A stretch of DNA of 63,479 nt, filler included, from Octopus bimaculoides (taxonomy: Eukaryota), in assembly GCF_001194135.2 (NCBI RefSeq). It is 5 parts of 5 records of this genome, joined end to end, with 100 filler letters (N's around TTAATTAATTAA, not from the genome) between each part and the next. Parts side by side here need not be neighbours in the genome. Positions count along the whole stretch, not along the records: positions 42,360 to 51,482 come from NC_068982.1; positions 51,583 to 63,479 come from NC_068984.1; 3 more parts are not named here. One strand, given 5' to 3'. The notes under the pieces were generated by a model. The model was not told the DNA's origin. It did no database searches and was given only the letters and a program-made list of their open reading frames with translations. The position numbers were made by a program, and so were the translations under genes. Shown here piece by piece: positions 48,049 to 59,131 of the stretch (position 1 is the first letter of the stretch; every line of letters starts with the position of its first letter).

Positions 48049-49178
48049 TCAAGTCATTAAGAATGAAATGTCCGATTTTGAAGTGAAAGTTTATATTACT
48101 TTATCTCAACTAAAAGCAACGCAGTTAATCAAAGTATGCACCTAAATTATAAACACAATTTTGCCATTTTATCGGTAGCTTATTTATGCCGGCTGCAAAG
48201 AATTTTAGAGAACAATAGGTGATGAAATCACGAAAGGCTGTTTTTGCATCTTTTTCAGATTTGAAGTTTTTCCTTGCAAAAAGTTGTCTAATGTCCTTAA
48301 AAACGTGATAGTCAGCTGCTGCAAGGTCTGGTGAATATAGTGGATGACTGAGTACTTCCAAGTTCAGTTCCTGTAACTTGTGTAGCATTTTTTGTGCAAT
48401 ATGTGGTCGAGAATTGTCTTGCGAGAGAATTGACCCGTCTCTATTGACCAATCTCAGTTGTTCAATTGCAGCTTCACTCATCATACCATCCAATTGGTTA
48501 ATGTATACATCCACTGTAATTGATTTACCAGGTCTCATGAAGCTGTAGTGGATAACACCAGCGTTGGACCACCAAACTGACACCATTAGCTTTTTTTGCA
48601 CCGTGCAGAACGCTTACTAATGTTGGAAGTGACAGCAAAGAACAGTAAGTGTTACTTGATGCTCCTTCAGTTCGTGTGGTAGCCACCTGTCCAGCTTCTT
48701 TCCTTGCCGATTTGTTTCAGATGGTCCAGTACAGCTGGAATTGAAACACCAAACCTTTCCGGGTAGTTTGAGATGTATCCACTTCCACTACAGTTTCTAG
48801 ACCACGGGGCCGATTTTCAAGAGGAAAGTCACCTGACCAGAACTTCTCAAACCATCGAAGTTCTGTGCGCTCATTCACCATTGCCACATCATCATCAAAC
48901 ACCTCATTGATGTTTCGAGCTGTCTGGGATGCATTGGTTCCACGACGGAACTCATCTTCATAAACAACACGAATTTTTCATTTATCCATGTCTTCACAAA
49001 AATTGATTTACAAGAGAGAATTCAAAATATAAGCAGACACCAGGAATTGCATTTCGAAAAGTGATGATGTAACTCTTCAATGTTGTAAAACAAAGAATTG
49101 TCAGGATAAAACATTAGAGCTAACGACTGTCAAACTTGGTGCAGAAGAAAATCGGACATTTCATTCTTAATGACCTGA
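48049..49178 (-). mobile_element. Mariner (DD34D) element, internally deleted, both TIRs and TA TSD present
   Basis: The ~31-bp TIRs TCA(A/G)GTCATTAAGAATGAAATGTCCGATTTT are flanked by TA at 48047-48 and 49179-80. The transposase starts at ATG 48989 and has WLPHEL, QDNSRPH and YSPDLAAADY (34 aa between the last two Asp). The first-Asp (TGDEKW) region is deleted and there are frameshifts. Confidence 0.92.
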
Positions 49179-49355
49179 TATATTGTGGTTTATCAGTATC
49201 ATTTTCTTCAGTTCTTTAGTGGAAATTTTTTCACCAGAAATAGCAACAATAGAGTAAAAAGCTGCTATTTTATTCGACAATGACTATCTAGACAATATAT
49301 TTTTCGTAACTACTGGTTGACGTTTAAAACACAGCTGTTCAAACATCAAGTCCAT

Positions 49356-50100
49356 GGATCTTTTTTAAAACGGGGGCCACAGTATTTTCTTAACGAAACA
49401 CTTTGAAACTTGGAACACTGGTAGAATGTGTCATATAAAACATCTTTTTCTCTTAGTCTTCTTAAAAAAAAAGAAATCCCTAAGTTATTCCATGTTAAAG
49501 TTGTCGTATTTCTGTAATTTCAACCAATCACTGACGTCCATTCAGCCGATATACATTAAGTGCCGACTACATAAACAAACGATTCTGAAACAATCCTATC
49601 GGTGATAAAATTATTATTTCCTTGTCAAAAAATGGCTGAAGCATATTGGCAGTAGCTAATAAACCTTTCTATTATAGGCTAACCCTAACCCTAACCCTAA
49701 CCGTAGGGTTAGGGTTAGGGTTAGGGTAAAACAGCAAATTTAAAAAGAAAAAAGCAAATAAAACGAAGAAGAAAAAAAGAAAATGAAAAAAGCAAATTTA
49801 AAATGAAAAAAAGCAAATTTAACGAAGGAAAACGAACATTTGCCTTTCTGCAAATGTCAGAAGTTATGGAGATTAAATACGCTTTACACCGCTTAATCAG
49901 CCGAAGGAGTGAATGTAAACAACTGAATACTTGTCAGTGATTGGTTGAAATTATCGAAATAAGACAATCTTTTACATGAAATAAATTCGAATACAAACAT
50001 ATTTTTCTGTTCTATAACACGAAGTTTGAAAGTCTTTCGGTACCAAAAACACTACGTAAATCATTAATGAAAACTGTGGCCCCCGTTTTAAAATAGATCC
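49356..50100. mobile_element. 745-bp non-autonomous TIR element with internal telomeric-repeat palindrome
   Basis: TIR GGATCT(T/A)TTTTAAAACGGGGGCCACAG. Flanking direct repeat AAGTCCAT at 49348-55 and 50101-08. Imperfect subterminal inverted repeat (atttcaaccaatcactgac / gtcagtgattggttgaaat). Confidence 0.85.
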
Positions 50101-52376
50101 AAGTCCATGATTAACATCTATTTTCCTATACGGCATGTGGTTTGTTATATCATACTAAAGCATATTCTTATTTAAATGTTCAAAGTATTTCGTGCTAGTT
50201 ACTGTCCAGAAACTAGGTGGTTATGTATCGCATAAATTTAAATGTCAATACAAACTAAATAACATGAAATATACCGCAAAATTTGAGAAAATATCAATGA
50301 TATAAATGTGTAAGTTTAAACTGCTGATATTTTTAACGTTGTATAAATAAATTTCAAGTATTATTAGTCGCATTCATATTTATATTTATTAGTTCTCTAT
50401 CTCGCATTCACACACTTTAATATTTTGCAATCTTACGTCATCCAAAGCCTATATGCTGACTCATTTTTCACAAACCGAAACCTCCATATTTATGCAAAGT
50501 ATCTTTAGCTTCTCTTACTTCAGAATATTCGTTGTAACTTCAGAAATTACAGGCAACGATGACTAATGACAAATGAATTCCCACCAATATCGAACTTGCA
50601 TTACAAACTCAGTATTCTGTGAGCTTATAACCTACTCTACAGTAAATACAAGCTTTCCAGATTATTTCAGGCAACTTCATTTTATAAAAGAAATGTATGG
50701 GGTTGATACAAATAAAAATTATTTAATTCGTCTAGTTACTAAAGCAGAAGAAAATTTCTGCTTGACCTTGTGCAACTTCTTTGCTTGATTTGCGGCCGAA
50801 GTCCAGACACCACCAGCTGAGCGACGTCAACTCGATCATAACAAATAATTCAAACTTGATTTTGCGTTGGATTTATAGCACGTGATAGTTTACTAATGTA
50901 TCCAGCACGGCTTTATATTATCTTTATTCAAAACTTCATTACATCTATGCAATAGCCTTTAGGGGATATTTTGAAGATGATATTTTCTGCTTATGATTTT
51001 ATAGATAGCTGCAAGATGCTACTGAGGAGTAAATTTCCTGTTGTATCTTTGCTGGGTGTTTTTTTTATTGCTGTTGTTGTTTTTTGTTTGTTTGTTTTAC
51101 TCTAGATAGCCTGGATAAGAGTCTCTTTAAATTACTGTTTTCTTACCAGAGCTGGTCAAAACACAACGTGACTAGAACAAAAACACTTTCATGGAGAGCA
51201 ATATAAGAAATAACGGTTCAGTGATGCTAACATTTGTCACTCATAGAAATGCACACATACGTACAGACATACATGCATGCATACAAATATGTGCGTGTAT
51301 GGATATATACATATATAAACACACACACACACACATACTTACATATATGCAAACACACACACACACAACAGACACATATATGTGTGTGCGCGTGTGAGAG
51401 TGTGTGTGTGTATGTTTTCATGTATGTATACATATATACATATCGGCCTTTTGGGTAAGATCAAAGTGTACTATATATATATNNNNNNNNNNNNNNNNNN
51501 NNNNNNNNNNNNNNNNNNNNNNNNNNTTAATTAATTAANNNNNNNNNNNNNNNNNNNNNNNNNNNNNNNNNNNNNNNNNNNNTAGGGATAAAAATTCAAA
51601 TTTACAGGAAACAACTCAATTAAATTCAATTTATTAAAACTTAAAATTAAATTAAGTTTCACAGTATATAATAAATAAATATTTAATTTAGAGAAAAGAA
51701 CCAAAGTTCATGAACTCATCCATTAAAATCCACAGTCACATATAGAGAAAATTAATAAGTAAATACACTATAAGGAAGTATTAAATACAAAGTAAAAATC
51801 ATAAAACAATAATTGCGGCCATGCTGGGGATTTAGTCGAACATTTCGACCCAGAAACGTATTTTTTAAAGCCTAGTACTTATTCTATCGGTCTCTATAGG
51901 TGTATTGCATTTATTCGCACAAAATATATCGATAATGCCATTCTCGACCACTTAAGGGGCGGTTTCGTTTCGCTTTTGCTCTACACGTCTTTAAAAGCAC
52001 CACCCTTAGCCGAAATAACGCAGTCACGCATATATGAAATAAGTGTTATGTATAATGGCTATCTTGTGGTCTTGCTTCCTAGACAAAATTTGAATTTTGC
52101 TTCACTTGTGCAAATATGCTCGTCAAAACTCTATATACTTTTCGCTGGCAATTCCAATACGTTTTGAAATTGAGACGAAGGTATGGCACATTGGTGTACA
52201 AAATATTACGAAATGACCGCAGGTCACTCCAGTTCATTTCACGAGTGGTTTCTTTCTAGCTAGTTTTGAATTATACAGTGTTAATAACACCACGTTTTAA
52301 AAGGATCTCTTTTAGACAAAATAGCACAACTAAAAGTCTTTGGCAACACACATACAGTGAGGATGTGACATTGGTA

Positions 52377-52424
<48 letters not shown>

Positions 52425-53691
52425 CAGTCTGTTGTGTGTGTGTGTGTGTACATATCCATATCTATATATATATATAAATATCTAGCTGTATGTGAAATAT
52501 GCTGGTGTCTCTCTATATACACACACATATATAGATGAATGTATTGATAATCTATATAATATATAGCTTTTAATTGAACATTCCAACGAAATAAATTGTT
52601 ATAATCAAAATGATCACCAAGATACGATCTTCACTAAATTCTAATATTTTTTGTCTCCTCTTTACTTCCATCCCAACGCTTGTCTCGTTGTACTTCAACT
52701 TAATGGCATTTTCGTGTTTCTCGCTCCTTTTGTATCCACTTCTTTCTCTTTTTTCTAGAACTACATTATGTGTTTGCAAACTTTTCGAAAAATTGTTTAC
52801 GGCAATATACAGTAAAACATCTTCCTGAAGCTAGTAGACTCTATCAAATCGTAATCATAGCAATCTTGATAGAGTAATGAATTGTTAAAACATATTTTTT
52901 GTTCAAAAATAATAGAAAATTGTGCTGAAAGACGTTTTAGTTTTGAGCCGATAACTTAGCTGCTTGTTAGTATAAAATGATATTCATATTGATTTTCATT
53001 CAATTTTTTTCTTGAGTCTAAAGCATTTTATTTCTCGAAAGATTCTTTTTTTTTTTTTTTAGCTATCTGATTATTATGATATTTTTATATCCCGATAGCA
53101 CAACACTGGAAAGGTTAAAGCTTGCTCCTTTTGCTATTTGAAAATGTTTCATTGATGTAACCCATATGTGCACTTAATTTTGAATATATAAAATATAAAT
53201 TTCTTAATATCAATATAAATCTATATGTCTATACATGCATGCATATATACATGCTGAAAATCAAGCTACTAATGCACGCATTTCTGCATGTGAAACTCTG
53301 AGGCAAATGACAGATAGAATGTATCAAATAATGAATTATTTACTTACTTCATGAACAGCATAGAAATATTTATCTATTCATGCACATATAATGTTTTGGA
53401 GAATACGTCATTGAAACTGAAATTTAAAATATAATAATATACTTCATATTTATTTCACGAAAATGTAATGTGAGATAATATGTCAAGTATATTGTTTTAG
53501 TTATGAATGTATGGAAGATAAATTAAATGAGACATTGCTATTAATCTATATGAATAATTGGAAAGCTGATCCTAGAATTGTAAGAAAGCGTTGTGTGTAA
53601 AAACCTCTCTTGCGATCCTCATAAAGATACATAGGAAAAAAGAATACAATATCATATATGCGTTAACTTTTCGTGGTTCCTTCTCTCCCTA

Positions 53692-53725
<34 letters not shown>

Positions 53726-53829
53726 GTGTGTGTGTGTGTCTGTATGTATGTGTGCGTGTGCGTGTGGTATGTGTGTGTACGTGTAGAGTGTTAGGTGTGA
53801 TGTACAGAATTGAAAATCGAGAACAATGC

Positions 53830-54012
53830 AAAAGTGGGCAGCTGGTTTTGAACAGTTTGATCAACAGGATAAAAGCTTCTTCATCTATGGGATCCAAGCA
53901 CTGCCACACCGATGGAAGAAGTGTGTAAACTGTAAGTGGCAGTGTATGTTGAAAAATAAACCTCATTTGATTATATTCCACAAGAATAACTTGGTCAACT
54001 TATGAACCCTTC
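53830..54012 (+). mobile_element. Mariner 3' end fragment
   Basis: QDKSFFIYGIQALPHRWKKCVN matches the mariner C-terminus F..GI..L..RW.KC. It is followed by a TIR-like ggtcaacttatgaacccttcagc. Confidence 0.7.
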
Positions 54013-54238
54013 AGCAGGCTTTCGCAAAGATATGTATGTACGTATACATATATATATACATCTCTCTTTCTCTCTCTCTCTCTATATATATGTATATATT
54101 CATACATACATGCGAGATTTATGCACACACTCGCATATATATAACATATATCAATATATATGTGTATATGTGAATGTGTTTTAAGGCACAATAAGAAAAT
54201 GAATCTCCCCAGACACAAAAGTATATAGATATCGATAT

Positions 54239-54279
<41 letters not shown>

Positions 54280-54458
54280 NNNNNNNNNNNNNNNNNNNNN
54301 NNNNNNNNNNNNNNNNNNNNNNNNNNNNNNNNNNNNNNNNNNNNNNNNNNNNNNNNNNNNNNNNNNNNNNNNNNNNNNNNNNNNNNNNNNNNNNNNNNNN
54401 NNNNNNNNNNNNNNNNNNNNNNNNNNNNNNNNNNNNNNNNNNNNNNNNNNNNNNNNNN

Positions 54459-54495
<37 letters not shown>

Positions 54496-54784
54496 TATCT
54501 AATAAGAATCGTATGAGAAGCTGCTGCATCGACGGTCTACACTCTGGATATTATTTGCAAAGTAAATTTCTGAATGATTTTCATTTGTTGATCCGAAGCA
54601 CATGCTCTCGTCAACGATTATTTTGCTCCCACTCTTATATGTATATTGCTGATAGAATATACTGTAAGTTTCACCCTTTAGAATTCCGATTATTATGTCA
54701 AATGCACTGCTCATTTATAAGCATTATTTTCAATGAATTATGGTAAGGGTTAGGGTTAGCTTTCAGATTTCGATGATGTAGCTG

Positions 54785-54890
54785 CTTCTTTTTAAGATGA
54801 CATTGTGAGGTAAGCATAATAAACAATTTGAGCAAAAAAGCAGGTAGACTATTTGGACCTGATTTGGCCCGTTTAAATGCTAAAGGGTCA
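54785..54890 (-). mobile_element. piggyBac-like MITE, same family as 7071-7290
   Basis: aagatgacattgt...aagcagg..atttggacctgatttggcccgtttaaatgctaaagggtcaa is the reverse complement of the left part of the 7071 element. Confidence 0.65.
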
Positions 54891-55002
54891 ACATGGAATT
54901 TGAATGTTTTCCTCTGTAGGCACTTGCCAAATGCACTATTAAGCTATATATAAATATCGTTGAAACATTTCCTGAAACCATATCAAATTATATTCAAATA
55001 TA

Positions 55003-55583
55003 CGTAGTCTGATCAATAAGTATCCGAATTGTTGCCATAGTAACGACGCTAAAGCATGCAGAATCAACTGCTTGGTATAGATTGACCTTAAACTTTGGTG
55101 TGCATGCGCACTAAGTTTTGACGTTCTAGCTCACTTCCACTGTTTACAACATCGCTTAGAATGAAGGTGTGTAGTTTGTGATCGTCGCATTGACCATGAC
55201 AGAGGAAGTTGAGCAGAGAATCTGCATAAAATGTTATCAAAATTTTGGCGATACCTGCTCAGAGCTCTACAATATGTTTCCAGAAAGTTGTCTTAGTTCT
55301 CGACACAATCAAGGAAATCTTGAGCAACTGAAACCTGAGTGTCTTCATGGTCAGCTGAAATCATTTTGGGCACAAACTTAGCAGCTACGCGTCTCATAGC
55401 ACAATCTTTAATGATAATGGACTGAACTGAACCGTAATTAATCTGCACATCCTCTGATAACTCACGGATAGTGATTCGACAAATTTGCCTCCCAGCAAGG
55501 TCAGTTTTCGCCAACCGGCTTCCCTCTGCATACTTTAGCTTCGTTACTATGGCAGCAGTCCGGATCTTATTGATCAGACCTCG
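55003..55583. mobile_element. Non-autonomous mariner made of two inverted left ends (copy 2, complete, 581 bp)
   Basis: TA|CGTAGTCTGATCAATAAG ... CTTATTGATCAGACCTCG|TA. The plus arm encodes MTEEVEQRICIKCYQNFGDTCSELY. The minus arm encodes RITIRELSEDVQINYGSVQSIIIKDCAMRRVAAKFVPK...QDFLDCVEN. Confidence 0.88.
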
Positions 55584-56273
55584 TACCATCTGATCTACGC
55601 ATGTCTGTCTTTTCTCTAGCTCTCTCATTTCCATTGTGTATATGTATGAATTTACACCCACACATACACACTTATACACACGTATCAGTGTCTATGTGAG
55701 TGTGTGTGTATGTGAGTGTGTACATGTGTGCGTATGCGTACGCGCGCGTACACAGTTGTAATTTAGTGAAGAAAAAGTAATCTTCAGATTACTCAGGAAG
55801 CTGGTCTTATATTTTTAATTGATAGAAATACATTACATTTTTAATCGGCAATTTGAAGTACCGGTGACTCTTCGGCATTTATGAGAAAAATGCAAAATAA
55901 AATAACGTATTACATGTGATAATAAAAATGCCGTCCGTTGTGTTGCCGGAAAAAAAAGAAATAGAAGGTATATATATATGTATGTGTATACATACATACA
56001 TCCATATATATATAGAGAGAGAGACAGAGATACAGAGAGAGAAAGTCGTCAGAATTTTGGAACAAAAATTCTTTTATTTCTTCATTAGTATTAGCGTTTT
56101 TGTTCCTCTCTAGAAATTGTCAAATACAATTTTGTGAATGTACAGCTTATTCATTTATATAAGACATGTTTTTTGTTTGGGTGGGTGTTGAAGAGAACAT
56201 TGTTTTAGCTTTTTGGGGTTAGGTTCCAAGACAATGGAGATGGATAGATAGAAATATAGGTTGGTAGATAGGC

Positions 56274-56324
<51 letters not shown>

Positions 56325-56348
56325 CAGATAGTCAGACAGATAGAGAGA

Positions 56349-57101
56349 TGGGTAGAGGGTAAGAGTGAGAGGGGGGTATCCACCTTCATATTCACCATTT
56401 ATTTAATTATTCTTTCCTTTTACCTTTGTATTGGAATGCGTTTAAGGATGGTGACCACTTCAAAAAATTTATATATAAATAAATATAAATAAAAGATAGA
56501 AACAAAAACAGGTGTGGTTTGATCATCACAGAAAGCATTTTTGCTTTGTTTCTATATCTTTTTCTTTCTTTTCTTCTTTCCTTTTTCCTTCCTTTTTTTT
56601 CCTGTCTTTCTTTTTCTCCTCTGTGTTATATTTCGAATATATCCCTTCCATACATTAAATTTTGAAGGGAATATTTTGATAAGGTGTAGTTCTGCATGAT
56701 AAAGTGTAGTTCAATTTTAGGGAGGATTCCTTGATGAAGTGCATGTGTATGTGCGTCCGCGTGCATGTGTGTGTGCCTGTTTCCATGTGTGTGTGTGTGT
56801 ATGAGTGTGTGTGTGTGGGGGGGGGGGGGGATGTCCATATTTATTCTATGTAACTTCGATCACGCCTCTTTCAATTCCAAGATTTTGCGTTAGAGAACAT
56901 CAGTATAACACTTACCAAAGTACTGTCTTTGCTTTTCTTTCAAACATTCAACCTTGGAGAGAATTTTTTGATGAAATGTAGTTCCATTACTTTTCGGTGT
57001 TGCGGATCGTCCCGTGCACATTCGTAAAAGGGAAAAATAATTAAATAAATAAATGGTGAATAGGAAGGTGGATACCCCTTCTCTCTCCTACCCTCTACCC
57101 A
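56349..57101. repeat. ~75-bp inverted repeat pair (56349-56422 / 57025-57101), possible foldback/MITE
   Basis: tgggtagagggtaagagtgagaggggggtatccaccttcatattcaccatttatttaatta versus the reverse complement of the right arm. No clear TSD. Confidence 0.75.
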
Positions 57102-58864
57102 CATGGTCATAAAGCTGCACCGTCATCTTCTGCAGCGACAATACTTGCAACAACGTCAGCAGGAATGTCGTTGGGGGCTAAACTAGGTCTGCGGAACCTT
57201 GATAACTCCTTGATGACAAATATTGTTCATTTTCAAGAGAAGTCGCTAATAAATTCTTTTGATGTCGTTTTTATACATTAGATGTAAGTTTACGTAGTAA
57301 GAAACAATGCACGTATAATGTCGAACTTAATGTACAAAAGATGTCATAGCTCTAGCATCACTAACTAATCGTCTGTGCATATATGTAAATGCGCCCTGCA
57401 CCTTTAGTCATTTTTAGTGACGATGAATGTTTCCTTTTTTTTGGTTTTAAATTGTGCTTAGCTACTTTAATCATTATACATACGTGTGTGTATATGTGTG
57501 TGTGTGTGTGTGCGTGAGAGTGTGCGTATGTATATACACATGCGTATATACATATGTATATCTGTATTTATCTATATACATACATATATATGTGTGTGCG
57601 TGAATGATAAATGTTTTATCTGCACAGCCTAGTATAATCTTTCTATGGAATAATTCATATCAAATATATAAAAAAAAATTATTATATTGCTGTTTTGGAG
57701 CGATTCCATTAAGGGCTAATTCATACTCTCCGTGGTTCTATTTGTGTGTGTTATGTTGTGCATAATATGCGTTTATTGGAATTAAAACAATATGCCAAAT
57801 AGGCACAGTCACAAGCTTTAATTCTCAACCATCAATCTTCACATATCTATTCCCACCTCATGAAATGCATTGATAAAATTAATATATCATGTCTCTTATT
57901 TCTCAGTTTCTATGCTGTGTGACATGTAAGCCATATAACTTGGAAACTGAATTATACATTGTAACATATGTTATATCACAGGGTGGAGATTATTGCTTAA
58001 TGCAAAGTGTATAATACGCATAAGATTTCACTTGCAAAACAGAAAAGATTTATTGATAAATATAATCTTAGTGAAGATTAATGCAACAATAGGTTATATA
58101 GAACATGCTTGCATTATCATCGATATACAGTATCCAGGTGTTTCATAATACGCATTTAGACTTAAATCTCCGGTGGTTTACTGTATCACATATATTTTGC
58201 AAAAAGTAACATTCCTTTCTTACATCAATGTCTGTAAATCGTTAACGTGCATAAAATGCATTGTTTGTTATTTCTTCAAATCTATTCATCATGGAAGATT
58301 TTAATATGCATGAAAATTCGAACTAGATTTTTTCTCAACAAATTAAGTTGAACAATTTTAAGGATTTATGAATATGTTTTATCTTCTTTTGTGTGCCTGG
58401 TCCATTGGCACTTAATGAATTCATAATTTAATGACAGCTTAACAGTTACCAGATGTTTGATTAAAGAGAACACTGCATACAGCCATTGAACTGTAAAGCA
58501 AACTATTCATATCGCATTTCATTAAATGACTTATTTATTATGATGTGCATCAACAAACTATATTCTATAAATTATAACAGATAGGTTTTTATAACTATTA
58601 TTGCATGCGCATGCAAACATACACGACTATGTATCCCTAGCGTGTCTTAACAATTATGAATTAAGTATCTGTCCGCTTTATAATGCATCTATATTTGTAA
58701 TTCTACGAATGTTTTTGATAATACTTCAAAATGTTACCCTTCATGGATACAGTTGATGTAAGGAGTAACAAATGCATGTAAACATGCATATATATACACA
58801 TATCCACACACATGCATACACACACACATACACACACACATACACACACACACACATACACACA

Positions 58865-59095
58865 AGACGGGGAGCTGGTAGAAACTTTAGTATGCCGGGC
58901 GAAATGCTTAGCGGTATTTCGTCTGCCGCTACGTTCTGAGTTCAAATTCCACCGAGGTAAACATTGCCTTTCATCCTTTTGGGGTCGATTAAATAAGTAC
59001 CAGTTACGCACTGGTATCGATATAATCGACTTAATCCGTTTGTCTGTCCTTGTTTGTCCCCTCTGTGTGTAGCCCCTTGTGGGTAGCAAAGAAAT
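58865..59095 (+). mobile_element. SINE family A, best-preserved copy
   Basis: gacggggagctggtagaaactttagtatgccgggcgaaatgcttagcggtatttcg...gagttcaaattcc...gcctttcatccttttggggtcgattaaataagtaccag...agccccttgtgggtagcaaagaaata. Confidence 0.85.
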
Positions 59096-59131
59096 AACAC
59101 ACACACATACACATATTTTTCTTGTTTCAAC

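Noticed and set aside
49679-49727. Telomere-telomere fusion scar
   Set aside because: Fusions read (TTAGGG)n-(CCCTAA)n. Here the order is reversed, the tract is short, and it sits inside a TIR/TSD-bounded element.
54499-54714. DDE transposase-like motif KIIVDESMCFG (piggyBac/Merlin-like)
   Set aside because: It is a single short motif with no flanking conserved blocks, so it cannot be supported.
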